From Eledone cirrhosa (lineage: Eukaryota): 64,000 nucleotides of DNA. A program made the position numbers and the translations under genes. The notes beneath the pieces are model-generated. The model saw only the letters and a program-made list of their open reading frames with translations, searched no databases and had not been told where the DNA came from. Below, one piece after another: positions 28,055-55,653 of this stretch; the first letter of the stretch is position 1; the number at the start of each line of letters is the position of its first letter. The DNA is taken from NCBI GenBank assembly GCA_964016885.1, contig OZ024740.1:83638001-83702000 (forward strand), written 5' to 3'.

Positions 28055-31000
28055 ATTATTATTATTATTACAGTTGCATTTATCTTGCTTTATGTTCATA
28101 CGACTTATCACCAAGTCACAACCAGTGACCTCAAGAGACAACAAGTTCCGCCATGTTCAAGAAAGAACATACATACTCACACATGCATCTTTAGTGTTTA
28201 GACTTGTGATGTACTTATATTGACAGTATCTTCCTTAGTATATGGGTAGTTCCCATTAGTACTATCTTTTGTATTTCTCCTCTACTCGGGTTTCCTGGGA
28301 TTTGCGATAAGTAATCATTAGACCCCTTAGGTATCATTCCCAGAGCGCCTACAACCACTGGTATTGTTTTAGTTCTCAATTTCCACATTTTTCCAATTTC
28401 TATCTCCAGGTCCTTATACCTGCTCAATTTTTCAAATGTTTTTATAGATACATTCTTGTCTATTGGAACGGACATATCAATTAGCAGGCATACCCTCTGT
28501 TTAAAGTCCTTCAATATTATATCAGGTCTATTTGCATCTATGTTTCGGTCTGTTTGGATGCTAAAGTTCCACAAGATTGAGATGTGATCTTTTTCAAGTA
28601 TGGGAGGTGGTTGATGCTCCCACCAATTCCTTTGAAGGGGCAGGTCAAAATGCTTACACATTATCCAATGTATGTATTGTGCAGCTCTGTCATGCCTGTT
28701 TAGGTATTCGGTTGGAGCTATAGGACTGCACATTGAAATTATATGGTCAATGGTCTCTGGTTGTTTTTTGCATACACGGCATAATGGGCTGCATCCATTT
28801 TTTTATTATGTTGGCTTGGTAATTTTTTGTTGGCAGACACTGATCTTGTGCTGATATAATCAGTCCTTCAGTCTCCGATTTCAGTCCAGAGGATGCCAAC
28901 CACTGATGGGTTAAAGTTTTGTCAATATCAGGATTGTTAGCTCGTTCTGGGTATTTTCCATACAGAGGCTTTTCTTGCCATTTCTTAGCCAGTTTCTGTA
29001 GCAGTTCTTTCTTTGCAGTTACTTTTACCTGCTTTGCTTTTTCTGTGTTTTCCATTTCAGCAGTAAATGGGACTTCTGAAATTTGTAGTCCATTACTGTA
29101 TCTTTGTGCATCTTTTGTAATGGAATATGATCTTTTGATGCTTTCGTGTTTCAAAACGAGTTTGATCATCCAATCATGTGATTCCCTTAGATATGTAGAT
29201 AATCCAATTGTTGCAGTTTTCAACGCAATGTCTAACTGGATTAACCCACGTCCTCCTTCTTTCCTAGGGAGATATATTCTATCTGTATCTGCCTTAGGGT
29301 GATGGAATCTGTGCATGGTTAAGAATTTTCGGATTTTTGTATCGAGCCTACGGATCTCTGTGCTTGACATTGTAACTTTACTACTGGTATGGCAAGCGTG
29401 TTTATGGCATCGATCCTATTCCTTGCATTCAATTCCGTTCTTAAGATTGCTCTTACTCTGCGGTAACATTCCTTCCTTATCCTTTCCCTCATTGTCGAGT
29501 GCTTGATTCCGTCTCCTTCACAAACACCTAGATATTTGTAAGTTTTTTCTTGATCAAGTTCTCTTATCACGTTCCCCCGATCAAGATTAATGTCTGAACT
29601 CTTCAGCAGCTTTCCTCTTGTGAACGTTGCTTTGGCGCATTTATCTAGTCCAAACTCCATTTTAATGTCATCACTGAACTGCTCCACAGTGGATAATAGC
29701 CCTTGCAATTGTTCATCATTTTTTGCAAGTAGTTTCAGGTCATCCATGTAGAACAAGTGATTAATGGTTTTGTCATAGACTTTATATCCATGTTTTGTTT
29801 CATTGAGCATTTTACCTAATGGTATAAGTGCGATGCAGAATAAAAGCGGTGATAAAGAGTCACCCTGAAAAATTCCACAATTAATATTAACTTCTCCAGC
29901 TTCCAGTGATTTTGTTTCACTATTCAAAAGGAGTGTCGTTTTCCCTGTCTTCATACTGAATGACAAAAACCTCCTGACAACGGGGGATATTTTGAAAATC
30001 TTTAAACATTTTTCAATCAAACTGTGTGGCAAATTATCGAATGCTTTTTTATAATCTATCCAAGCAATTGATAGATTTTTGTGTCTATTATGACAATCTT
30101 CCAGTATCATCTTGTTAACCAAAAGCTGATCCTTACAGCCATATGAGCCTCGTTTACACCCTTTCTACTCAATGGGAAATAGGTCATTTGTTATCAAGTG
30201 GTCATATGTGTATTCAGTTAGGACTGATGTTAAAATTTTATATATTGTGGTCAAGCAAGTTATCGGTCTGTAATTTTGGGGATTGTAATGCCGTTAACTA
30301 GCCATGATGGTATCTTTTCTGGCTCCTTAACTATTTCATTGTAAAGTTGGGCTAACAGCTCATGAGACTCTGTGAAGGCATTTATCCGAAAATTTTGAAT
30401 TTTGTCTTTTCCTGGGGATTTCCATTTGCTGGTTTTTCTTAGAGCCAAGCGCAACTGTTCATCTGTTATATCTTCCCATATTTGTTCCTCAAGGTGAGCT
30501 GTATCTTTCATTTGTCTGTCTATCCATGGGGCATGTATGTTATGAACTTTTTCTTCGGCCCAGATCTTTTCCCAGAATTGTTGCACGTCCTCTTTGGGTG
30601 GTATTGATTTAGCAGTTATTGTTGACTTACCAATTTTTCTGTAGAAGTTTCTTTGGTTGTTTTTGAACATATTATTGTCCTTATAGAATCTAGATCGTTT
30701 TTCAAAGCGCTTTATACGAGCAGCTTTGGCCGACATGTTTTGCTTGATTATTTCTATCAGCATGTCTATGTCACTTGTTGATTATATACTGTACTTTCTT
30801 TTCAATTTTCTAAGTTTAGTTTGTTTAACATGTTCACCTACTTTATAGTTTGTTAAAATTTCTATGTCAGATCGGAGAAGGTTTATTTGGCGATTCATGT
30901 GCTCTTGCCAAGTAGATTTCTTTGTTTTTTCATCTTCACTCCACATAAGTGAGTGGTGACTTTAGCCGATGCATAATAGAGAAGATTTAAATCAGTAATG

Positions 31001-32040
31001 TTTAGTTTGTTTGTGATGATAATGTTTTTGAGAATTATGTTAGTCTTGTGTATTATCTTTTGGTTCTGTTTGGAGTTCTGGATCTTAGGGAGGGTGTCTC
31101 GTTTCCCCATGTCAGATTCTTTCATTTTCATCCATTCGATCATAATTTTATCCTTCAAGTTGGCAAGTTCATTCTCATTCATTTCTTTATCATTTACGAT
31201 CTCATTATTTTCATTTGGAGTTTCATCTTGAGCATGCACTCCCTCCACTTTTTCGATCCTTTCTTTAATTTGTTCTGTTGCCAGTGATTCCAACCCTGGG
31301 ATTCGAAGTGTTACAATTTACCTCATTTTCACTGACACATGTTTCATTTTCCCTTCGCTGACTTTGTGCTAATAGCTTGATCTGATCAATTTCTATATCA
31401 GTTAGTAACTTTTTTCTTACAATATTTCTTCGTATATTGGCTAGTTTGTTGCTGTCAATATAGCCTCTGTTTTCGGGATGTTTCTTTTTCCAGTTGATAT
31501 ATGTCTGTTCTGTATTCGATATATTTGATGGGTAGTACATGGCAGTGTAGAAAGCCTCAAGGACTTCTTTATTATCTTCCCTTGACCATGTTTCTCTCTT
31601 TTTCTTTGGATTTCTTGGTGGTGAGCATGGAGGGCCAACAGTAGGAGTATTCCGGTTATGGGAGGTCTCCAGCTCCGAAGTGATGGAAAGGTTTGAACCA
31701 TTAGCTGATTTTTCGACCCCAGTCTGGTTCCTCTCTGAGGGACGCGGCCCTTTTTTACCCGGGTGACGGCCGATCCGGTATGAGATTTTATCATTAGACA
31801 TTTACTTTATTTTGTCACGTTTTATCCTTATCCGCCAAGGGGTAATCATTTCGTGTTACCACTTCTAGAACGAGTGTCAACCAAGACTAGAGGGGTCGTT
31901 CTCCCCTAGAGACACGGCTATTCCCCGCCGGCCGCCATCCCGGTATTTCTTGGTCACGGGGTTTTCGTTTTGTTGTTTTTTTAAATTGTTATTATCATGA
32001 GTGGTTCCTTAATGTGAGCATTGCGTGGCTTAAGAATGAA
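28055..32040 (-). mobile_element. Near full-length R4/Dong-clade LINE, copy A; frameshifted
   Basis: ORF pieces from MSNDKISYR (31801) through [21 protein letters not shown] and RPDIILKD...IDMSVP...EKLSRYKDL to ILRKILSI (28215); (TAA)n tail. Confidence 0.94.
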
Positions 32041-32956
32041 ATTATTAATAATTGTCTCCACTCCAGGCACAAGGCCAGCAATCACCCAGTGCATTACAAT
32101 AATATAATATACTTTTTGCTGAAGTTGCCTGTTGTTGTTGTTAGCTATGTCGGTGGTGGTGCTGGGGATTTTTATATTGTTGGTGAGGAAAGGGTGAGCT
32201 AGCAGTGCCATAGTTGTTGATGTTGACGTTTGGCCGGTGGCCAGGTCACTAAGTAAATCTATTTATATCTTTTGCTAGCTTCTCCCTTGTCTAGTGATAC
32301 CGCCACCTTCCCCTTTCTCTCTCAAGGTAACAGGGGAATAGTGGTGGTAGCAATGAAGGGGTGGTGGCGGCGGTGATGGGATAGTGGTAGTAATGATGGA
32401 TGGGGTGGGGTGGTGGCGGCGGTGGCTTTGACTTTACTGAGTTTTGTGATATGTAGTATATATGAGTGTGTGTCGCGTATGTTTAATATATATTGTGTTG
32501 ACATATTCCCGTAAAATTGGGATTAAACATTTAAAAAAAAAATTGAGACAATAATAAGAGTAATTATTATTATGATCCTGGGAGTGGTGGTGGTGGTGGT
32601 GGTGAAATTGCCGTTATCTGGCTGTTATATTTAGTGTGATGGGGTAGGTGGTGTATCAAGTTTCTGGTGTTGGTGAAATTACTGTTATTTGGCTGTTCTA
32701 TATAGTGTAGACAGAGGGTGTTTTCTTCCATTTATAACCATTTTCTTTTTTGAATGCAAAATATATAATACAAAATTGAATATTTGAGCGATATAACAAT
32801 ATAATATGGATCCGAAATTTTATGGGACTTGACTCGGTGGTTTATGCAACATTTGTACTAAGAATTGTTATTTCACAATTGATTTAAATATGTTAAAAAT
32901 CAAAAACTTACGGGAGCGATTTCGTGACCTTCTACCACCTCGTGCGTCTTCTTCCC

Positions 32957-32957
<1 letters not shown>

Positions 32958-33029
<72 letters not shown>

Positions 33030-36000
33030 AGTTGCATTTATCTTGCTTTATATTCATGCAAGTTATCACCAAGTCACAACCAGTGACCTCAAGAGACAGC
33101 AGGTCCACCATGTTCAAGAAAGAACATACACACACATGCATCTTTAGGTGTTTAGACTTGTAATGTACATATATTGACAGAATCTTCAATTAGTACTATC
33201 TTTTGTATTTCTTCTATACGCGAGTTTTCTGGGATTTGGGATAAGTAAACATTAGACCCCTTAGGTATCATTCCTAGAGTACCTACAACCACTGGTATTG
33301 TTTTAGTTCTCAACTTCCACATTTTTCCAATTTCTATCTCCAGGTGTTTATACTTGCTCAATTTTTCAAATGTTTTTATATATTGATATATACATTCTTG
33401 TCTATTGGAAGGGACATATCAATTAGCAGGCATACCCTCTTTTTAAAGTCCTTCAGTATTATATCAGGTCTATTTGCATTTATTTTTCGGTCTGTTTGGA
33501 TGCTAAAGTTCCACAAGATTGAGATGTGATCTTTTTCAAGTACGAAAGGTGGTTAATGCTCCCACCAATTCTTTTGATGGGGCAAGTCAAAACGCTTACA
33601 CATTATCCAATGCATGTATCGTGCAGCTCTGTCGTGCCTGTTTAGGTATTCGGCTGGAGCTATAGAACTGCACATTGAAATTATATGATCAATGGTCTCT
33701 GTTTGTTTTTTACATACACGGCATAATGGTTTGCATCCATTTTTTATTATGTTGGCTTGATAATATTTTGTTGGCAGACACTGATCTTGTGCTGATATAA
33801 TCAGTCCTTCAGTCTCCAATTTCAGTCCACAGGATGCCAACAACTATTTTTGTCAACATCATGATTGTTAACTCTTTCTGAGTTATTTTTCCATACAGAG
33901 GCTTTTCTTGCCATTCCTCAGCCAGTTTCTGAAGCAGTTCTTTCTTTGCAGTTACTTTTACCTGCTTTGCTTTTTCTGTGTTTTTCATTTCAGCAGTAAA
34001 TGGAACTTCTGAAATTTGTAGTTCATTACTGTATCTTTGTGCATCTTTTGTAATGGAATATGATCTTTTGATACTTTCATGTTTCAAAACGAAATTGATC
34101 ATCCAATGATATGATTCCCTTAGTATCATATCGCGTAGATAATCCAGTTGTTGCAATTTTTAAAGCAGTATCTAACTGGATTAATCCTCGTCCTCCTTCT
34201 TTCCCAGGGAGATATATTAAATCTATATCTCATTTACGGTGATGCAATCTGTGCATGGTTAAGAATTTTCTAATATTTTGTATCGAGCCTACGGATCTCT
34301 GCGCTTGACCAATTGATGTCATTAAAACTGTAACTTACTACTAGTATGGCAAGCGTGTTTATGGCATCGCTCCTATTCCTTGCATTCAATTCCGTTCTTA
34401 AGATTGTTCTTACTCTGCGGTAACATTCCTTCCCTATCTGTTTCCCTCATTGTCGAGTGCTTGATTCCGTCTCCTTCGCAAACACCTAGATATTTGTAAG
34501 TTTCCTCCTGATCAAGTTCTCTCATCACATTCCGCCGATCAAGATTAATGTCTGTACTTCTCATTATGTTTCCTCAGGTAAACGTGGCTTTGGCGCATTT
34601 ATCTAGTTCAAACAAACTCCATTTTATATCATCACTGAACTACTTCACAGTGGATAATAGCCCTTGCAAGTGCTCATCATTGCAAATAGTTTCAGGTGAT
34701 CCATGTAGAACAAGTGATTAATGGTTTTCTCATAGACTTTATATCCATGTTTTGTTTCATTGTTACTTAATTGTATAAGTGCGATGCAGAATAAAAGCGG
34801 TGATAAAGAGTCACCCTGAAAACTTCCACAATTAATATTAGCTTCTTCAGCTTCTTGTAATTTCTTTTCACTATTCAATAGGAATGTCGTTTTCCATGTC
34901 TTCATATTGAATGACAGAAACCTCCTGACAACGGGAGATATTTTGAAAATATCTAAACACTTTTCAATCCAACTGTGTGGCAAACTATCGAATGCTTTTT
35001 TGTACTCTATCCAAGCAATTGATAGATTTTTGTGTTTATTATCACAATGTTCCAGTATCATTTTGTTAACCAAAAGCTGATACTTACAGCCATATGAGCC
35101 TCGTTTACACCCATTCTGCTCATTGGGAAATCGATCATTTGTTATCGGGTGATCATATGTATATTCAGTAAGGACTGATATTAAAATGTTATACATTGTG
35201 GTCAAGCAAGTTATCGGTCTGTAATTTTTGGGATTGTTTGTCTCATCATTCTTCGGAAGTAGGAATGTAATGCCGTTAACTAGCCATCATGGTATCTTTT
35301 CTGGCTCCTTAAACATTTCGTTGTAAAGTTGAGCTAACAACTCATGAGACTCTGCGAAGGGATTTATCCAAAAATTTTGTATTTTGTGTTTCCCTTGGGA
35401 TTTCCATTTGCTGGTTTTTCTAAGAGCTAAACGCAGATGTTCAACTGTTATATTTTCCCATGTTTGTTCCTCAAGGTGAGCTGTATCTTTCATTTTTCTG
35501 TCTATCCATAGGGCATGTATATTATGAACTTTTTCTTTGGCCCAGATTTTTTCCCAGAATTGTTGAACTTCCTCCTTGGATGGTATTGATTTAGCAGTTA
35601 TTGTTGACTTGCTAATTTTTCTGTAGAAATTTTTTTCGGTTGTTTTTGAGCATATTATTGTCCTTATAGAATCTAGATCGTTTTTCAAAGCGCCTTATAC
35701 GAGCAGCTTTGGCCGACACTTTATGCTTCATTGTTTCTATCAGCATGTTTATGTCACTTGTTGATTTTTTATTGTATTTTCTTTTCAATTTTCTAAGTAG
35801 TTTGTAGTTTGTTAAAATGTCTACGTCAGATCGGAGAACGTTTATTTGGCGATTGCTGTTCTCTCGCCAAATAGGTTTTTTGTTGGAGTTCCTTTGTTTC
35901 TTTCATTTTCCCTCCACAGAAGTGAGTGGTGTCTTTAGCCAATGCATGATAGATATGATTTAGATCAGTAATGTTTAGTTTATTTGTGATGATAATGTTT

Positions 36001-36430
36001 TTGTCCATTTTCCTCTCTTTTTCTTTGGATGGAGGGCCAACAGCCGGAGTATTCCGGTTATAGGAGGTCTCAAGCTCCGAATTGATGGGAAGGTTTGAAC
36101 CATTAGCTGATTTTTCGACTCCAGTCTGGTTCCTCTCTGAGGGACGCGGCCATTTTTGACCCGGGCGTCGACCGATCCGGTATGAGATTTTATCATTTGA
36201 CATTGGCTTTATTTTATTGCGTGTTATCCTTAACCGCCAAGGGGTAATCATTTCGTGTTTCCACTCCTAGGACGAGTGTCAACCAAGACTAGAGGGATCG
36301 TCCTCCCCTAGAGACACGGCTATTCCCCGCCGGCCGCCATCCCGGTATTTCTTAGTCACGGGGATTTTTGGTTTTTGTTTTTTAAATTGTTATTATTATG
36401 AGTGGTTCCTTAATGTGAGCCCTGCGTGGG
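32958..36430 (-). mobile_element. R4/Dong-clade LINE, copy B; same family as A, internally deleted
   Basis: Colinear with copy A; long (TAA)n tail at 32958-33028; lacks the equivalent of about 31031-31583. Confidence 0.93.
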
Positions 36431-36769
36431 TAAGAAAGAAATGATTATTAATAATATAATATACTTTTTGTTGAAGTTGCCTCTGTTGCTGTTGGATATG
36501 CCGGTTGTGTTGTTGGCTATGCCGGGCTTGTTCTATTGTTGGTGGAGAACTTCATTGCCATAGCCGTTAACTTTTGACCGAGTCACTATGTTAGTATATT
36601 TATATATTTTGTTAGCCTCTCCCTTGTCTAGTGTTACCGCCACCTTCCCCTCTCTTAGGTTAACAGAAGGCAGTGGGGGAATAGTGGTGGTAGCAATGAT
36701 GGAGTGGTGGCGGCTGTGATGGGATAGTGCTACTGTAGTGATGGCGTTGTAGCTACTGAATTCTGTTGA

Positions 36770-38444
36770 ATAGACTGTAGCTATTATTGTACTGCGTTTT
36801 GTTTGTGTTATTTGTGTTATTTTGCCTAGAGTTTACATTGACGTCGCGCCTTATAGTGTTATTATTATGACTCTCATGGTTGGATGCATATGAGTTATTA
36901 TTTAATATTTTAGAATTATGTCTTGACATAATTTTAGAAATGTTCGAAGTAAACACAAATATAAATACGACGTCAAATGTAAATTTGAGGAATGCATCAA
37001 ATAGTAATGTAAATCTGGAAACCTTAGCACCTCCTTTAGTTAATTCTACCACTCCAGTTCCTAATATAATTAATATTGGGTCATTTGCAAATAAATAATC
37101 TTAATCGTAAATGCAACTTCCCTATTAGAACTATTTGTCCTCTTAGTAATTTCTCTCTCGATAAAAACCTAGTATACGAACGTAAAGTGGTAACTAGTAC
37201 TAATACCTATACCTACATTGGCTCTACTTCTACCTCCTTTAAAACAAGGTTCTATAATCATTCTTCTACATTTAAATCTCCACTGAAAAGGATCAGCACT
37301 GCACTCTCAGAACTCATTTGGTCCTTAAAAGACAAAAACATAAATTAAGAAATTTCTTGGCGTAAAAATCTACAACGCATATCCATACTCCAAAGCTTCC
37401 ATATCTAGTGTTTGTAATTTATGTCTAGTTGAAAAACGTACCATTATCTCGAATTTCAACACAATAATAAATTGAACAACCAATTTATTTGGACTTTGTA
37501 ATCATATATCCTACAAGACCTTTCTCAAAGTATATAGCTGATGTCATATAACATATTAAACGGGTCACGGTTATATTTACACATCTTGCATTATATTCTA
37601 CGATGTATTAATTTGGTTTTCTCATCATATATTAAGCATTTGATCTTTTTTTCTATAGCCTTAAATTTTCGCTCAAACCTTCGTAGATTTTGTAAACACA
37701 TTATGACGTCATATGTTTTTCTACGTTTATAAATCTTTCTACCAATTTCCTTTATTTACTTGTTGATATAAAATAAAAATTAAATAGTATAGAGATTTTT
37801 ACTAGAAATTATTAATTTTGACATAGATAGACTATTTTGGTTTTTATTTTATTTTATAAAAATCTGTTTTTTTCCATATTTATTTTATTTTATTTTATTT
37901 TATTAATTAATTTTTACACTTCTTAATCCAATTATCAGTATTTAAACCCAATATAAAATAATATATTTAGACCTCTAATATTTGAATACCGTCTACAATA
38001 CTCCCACATACACCTCATCAATTTACTTTTTAACTGTTATTTACAGCTGTTTTTATTTTGACAGCGTTCCTGATCAAAAGTCTCTCTCTTTTCCATTTTT
38101 CTTCTTTTTTTCCTTTCTTCTCTTTCTTTTTCCTTTTTTCTCCTCTTCTTTCCTTTTCTTCTATTTTCCTATCTATTTCTTACTATAGTATCATATGTAG
38201 ACCTAGCACTTTCCTGTAAACAAGTGCTATTGTGCCTCATATCATGTTACCTTATTTTATCTGATGAGAACACAATTTTTGTCCCAGGATGATTTTGTAT
38301 TCGAAATGTGCATAATAAAATATATGGAACTCTTTAACCATCTTTTAATTTCTTCTTTATTATATATACTCTAGTTCTACCCACTGTTGAGTGCTACTTA
38401 TCTGATATATGCATAGTTTTATTGTTCTACAATATTACTCACTT

Positions 38445-38450
<6 letters not shown>
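36770..38450 (+). mobile_element. Truncated PLE: inverted linker piece, GIY-YIG remnant, 3' UTR and HHR-containing pLTR
   Basis: Plus strand KCNFPIRTICPL...LVYERKV..YTYIGSTSTSFKTRFYNHSSTF (37076-37348); minus strand SNISKIMSRHNSKIL (~36950); ends in (TA)n. Confidence 0.85.
38253..38322 (+). ncRNA. Type I hammerhead ribozyme in PLE pLTR
   Basis: tattttat-CTGATGA-gaacacaa...ttgtattc-GAAA-tgtgca-TA-ataaaata; perfect 8-bp stem I. Confidence 0.88.
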
Positions 38451-38511
<61 letters not shown>

Positions 38512-38516
<5 letters not shown>

Positions 38517-39637
38517 TAAAAAGGAAAAGAAAATGCTGACAAATTTTTCCCAGTGAAAAATAGTTTAATTAAGTATAAATTAGTAATAAGTATTGGTTAG
38601 TATTCAGTTTTAGTTTAAAATTTTTACCGGTTGCGCATTACTAATGCTTTCAAAAAATAATTTTGAGATAGAGCGCTCGTGATGTTTGCTCTAACCTGAT
38701 CAGTTTTGGAAATTCTTCCTGTTTCATGTGAAAAAAGTGGCTCCAGAGGTATTAAAATGTGCTTGGCTGTTGAATGTCACGTGAATAAGTACTATACATT
38801 TCGCGCCAATTCGTGTTGCAAAAATTCTTTTAGTCAAAACAATTTTGATTGGTCGGTAGAGGTCACGTGAATGTTAAAAATTGATTTTAGCCCGAACTGG
38901 TTTGGCGCCAAATGTAGGTTTGTCGAAGAGTGTCCTTTCTCGCTTGATTAAGTTGCAGTCATGTTGAGAAGTAACTGAAAAACATGTCTATTAAGACAAA
39001 TATGTGTGTGTGTGTGTGTGAGAGTGTATGTAGTAAAGAGGTTCATTGTTGTGATAATGGTCAGTAGGGATGTGTGTGTGAGTTACACTCATGTTGAAAG
39101 GTCAACAGTTCAGGTCTCTATTAACACAAATATATGTGTGTGTGTGTGTGTGTTTACAGAGTGGTTCGTGGTAGAGGGAATGAATTGGTCAGTAGGAATG
39201 TGTGTGTACGTATGTGGAGGGGTATTTTAACATGTTGAAACATATTTTTCAGCTCTTGTTTTATACGGAGAAGTGTGTGTGTGTGTGTGATTGTCTGTTT
39301 GTATGTTAGTGTACGCGTGTGTATGTGTGTGTGTATGTGTGTGTATATATATGTGTGTGTGTGTGTGGGTGTGTGTGGATGGACCTGTATTTTTGTGATA
39401 CTGGTAGAAATAGTGTACATTATTCGATATTTTCAGTAATTTGTAAAAACGATTCTCTCAAAAGAACATCTAAAACATCAATAATAAAAGAGGTGAAATG
39501 GTGTATAGTATTGTCATAACACCAAGGTGTGTGTTAGTGTCCAGATTGTACGTACTGCAAGGGGAATCCATTAGGCCCTGCCGTATGGCATACTTGCGAA
39601 AAATCTGTCAGCAGTTTCTTTTCCTTTTTACTAATAT
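38512..39637. repeat. ~1.1-kb segment bounded by ~40-bp imperfect inverted repeats; degraded HHR remnant at about 38620-38660 (minus)
   Basis: ttagtaaaaaggaaaagaaaatgctgacaaattttt versus aaaaatctgtcagcagtttcttttcctttttactaa; flanked by TA tracts. Confidence 0.6.
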
Positions 39638-40177
39638 GTCACAACTCGTGTGTCACATCTCTATTTTTTTTAATATATATATATATATATTATAATAATA
39701 AGGGTTGACGGACCCAGCTTATTTGACAATGCCAGTACCGGTTGTATCTCAGCGCACTCAATATATATATATATATATATGTCTGAAAATAGTAATGTTA
39801 TTTTCTAAAGAAGTTTTACGGCTTCTCTGAAATCATTCTTTTTTTCAAGCGATTCGTTTATATTTAGAATCAACGAAGAAAGTCGTTTAGCATATAAGAA
39901 TATAATCATGTGTCCAATTAGTGATATTCCAAACCGATAGTCATGAGAATTTGAAGAAATGAAATGTTGAAAGGTTATCATACTCTGGCAGATATTACTG
40001 TACAGAAACATTAAGGATATTTTCCAAGATATGTTAAACTTAAGGTTATATTTACACTAGCTTTACCAGTACAAGAATATTTCTCCTGAAGGACAAGTAT
40101 CCTGATTCTGTATTCGCGTTGTATGCTTATACAATTGTATTCAAATAATTATATATATACATATATATATATATATA

Positions 40178-40730
40178 GGTCAGTTATTCCGGGTTTTGAT
40201 CGGAGGTAACCACAGTAAGTAAGGTATAGAGCAGAGTATAAAAGTGTTAATATAGATGAGATTCTACAGGATAGAACTGTTTCATTCTTTAGAAATCATC
40301 AGGAATCTGGCTTTCCAAAATAAATGTTGTGGTATTTATCTCTTTTAGGTGGTAGGAGAGGGTGGGGAGTGGGATGGGTGGAGGTCATTGGTTGAAAGAA
40401 AAGGGAATTCATTAAAAGCTAATTCTTTAAGGCTATAATTTATATTTAGAGTGACAAAGGCAGAAAGAATTCTATAAACAAGTTCAGATTGCGGCGCCAC
40501 TCCTTATTTTTAAGTTTCTCTTAGGCTAACAATGTCTATAAGATGGGTGGGTGTCCGTCATGGTTAAAAAGGGAAATTCTTTGAAAGCTAATACTTTATA
40601 GCTGTAATTAGAGTGACAAAGGCCAAGAGAATTCTATAAACCAGTTCAAAATATTGGGGGCCTATCATATCATTATTTGTCATGTTTCTCTTAAGCTAAA
40701 TTCCAGGTGTCAACAGACACATTCACGTAC
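40178..40730 (-). mobile_element. Diverged solo relative of the array unit, with HHR at 40259-40308
   Basis: Aligns with 41689-42290. HHR agattc-CTGATGA-tttctaaagaat-GAAA-cag-ttctatc-ctg-TA-gaatct. Confidence 0.85.
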
Positions 40731-40742
40731 ACACACACACAC

Positions 40743-40814
<72 letters not shown>

Positions 40815-40897
40815 ACGTGAATGTACATTAAGGTAACTAATTAAAGTGTACGTGAATTAAAGTGTACGTGAATGTATATTAAGGTAACTAATTAAAG

Positions 40898-40965
<68 letters not shown>

Positions 40966-41231
40966 AAACATGTCTATAAAATCAACAGATAAAATATATA
41001 CCATTTCCTCTCCCAATTAGCATAATTAACCATATCAAAAATCGAAAAGACCAGGCGATAAGAATAAGGCTTCTATGAAGAAATCTCTAACAAATAAGCG
41101 AAACTAGCCCTACGCGTCGGCTGCGACGGAATATTTATCGAATATTTCGACAGCGTAATCGCCCATTTATACAGTCTATTAAACAGAATTAGGTGTAAAA
41201 TAAACTAGGAGAAAAGAGAATACATTTATTT

Positions 41232-41308
41232 AACTGGACCATGGTTTCATCCGAATTTTGAGATTTCCAATAATTTCGGAAACTCGAGCCCCGGACTCTT
41301 CAGGAGTT
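41232..41308 (-). ncRNA. Type I hammerhead (separate family; one mismatch at the base of stem I)
   Basis: aactc-CTGAAGA-gtccggg...ttcggat-GAAAC-catg-GTC-cagtt, then AATAAA; palindromic CCATGG. Confidence 0.78.
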
Positions 41309-41500
41309 TGCTCAAATCTAGACAAAAAATTTTCCAAAGTACAAATTATTCCCTGTGACTGTTTCATATGTTTATTATATATATATGTCAATCAATTTCA
41401 GTTGGTATAAAATGCTCGGATCTATTCATTGGAATCTTTGAGCATATTCTACAGTGGATATGGCGCATGTCTCTCAAATATGACACCCTTAATTTAATTT

Positions 41501-41579
<79 letters not shown>

Positions 41580-41644
41580 TTATATATATATATATATATA
41601 TGTATTATGTATATATATATATGTGTGTGTGTGTTTGTGTATTA

Positions 41645-54599
<12,955 letters not shown>

Positions 54600-54600
<1 letters not shown>

Positions 54601-54649
54601 TATTTATATATATATATATATATACACACCTGCCCACACAACCATATAC

Positions 54650-54721
<72 letters not shown>

Positions 54722-54737
54722 GCACACACATACATAC

Positions 54738-54802
<65 letters not shown>

Positions 54803-54825
54803 TATATATACACACATACATACAT

Positions 54826-54922
<97 letters not shown>

Positions 54923-54959
54923 TACATATACGCATATATATACATATACACACACATAC

Positions 54960-55032
<73 letters not shown>

Positions 55033-55151
55033 CACATATATATATCCATACATATACAAACATACACATACATACACAGACCTATACATAAATATACACA
55101 TATATATACAGACATATAACGCATATATACACACACATATACATATACACA

Positions 55152-55242
<91 letters not shown>

Positions 55243-55321
55243 ATATATACACACACGCGCATACACACATACACACACCCACACACAAAATATATATACA
55301 CACTCTCTCTCTCACGCACAC

Positions 55322-55398
<77 letters not shown>

Positions 55399-55515
55399 GA
55401 TACACATACATATATATATTTACATATATATACACACATATATATATATACACACATACATATACATACATATACACACACACACATACACACATATACA
55501 TATATACATACAAAT

Positions 55516-55579
<64 letters not shown>

Positions 55580-55601
55580 CTGCCCACACAACCATATACA
55601 C

Positions 55602-55653
<52 letters not shown>

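Noticed and set aside
31860-31980. HDV-like ribozyme in the GC-rich R4 5' UTR (also 36260-36365 and 23075-23200)
   Set aside because: I could not fold the nested double pseudoknot by eye; a structure-descriptor search is needed.
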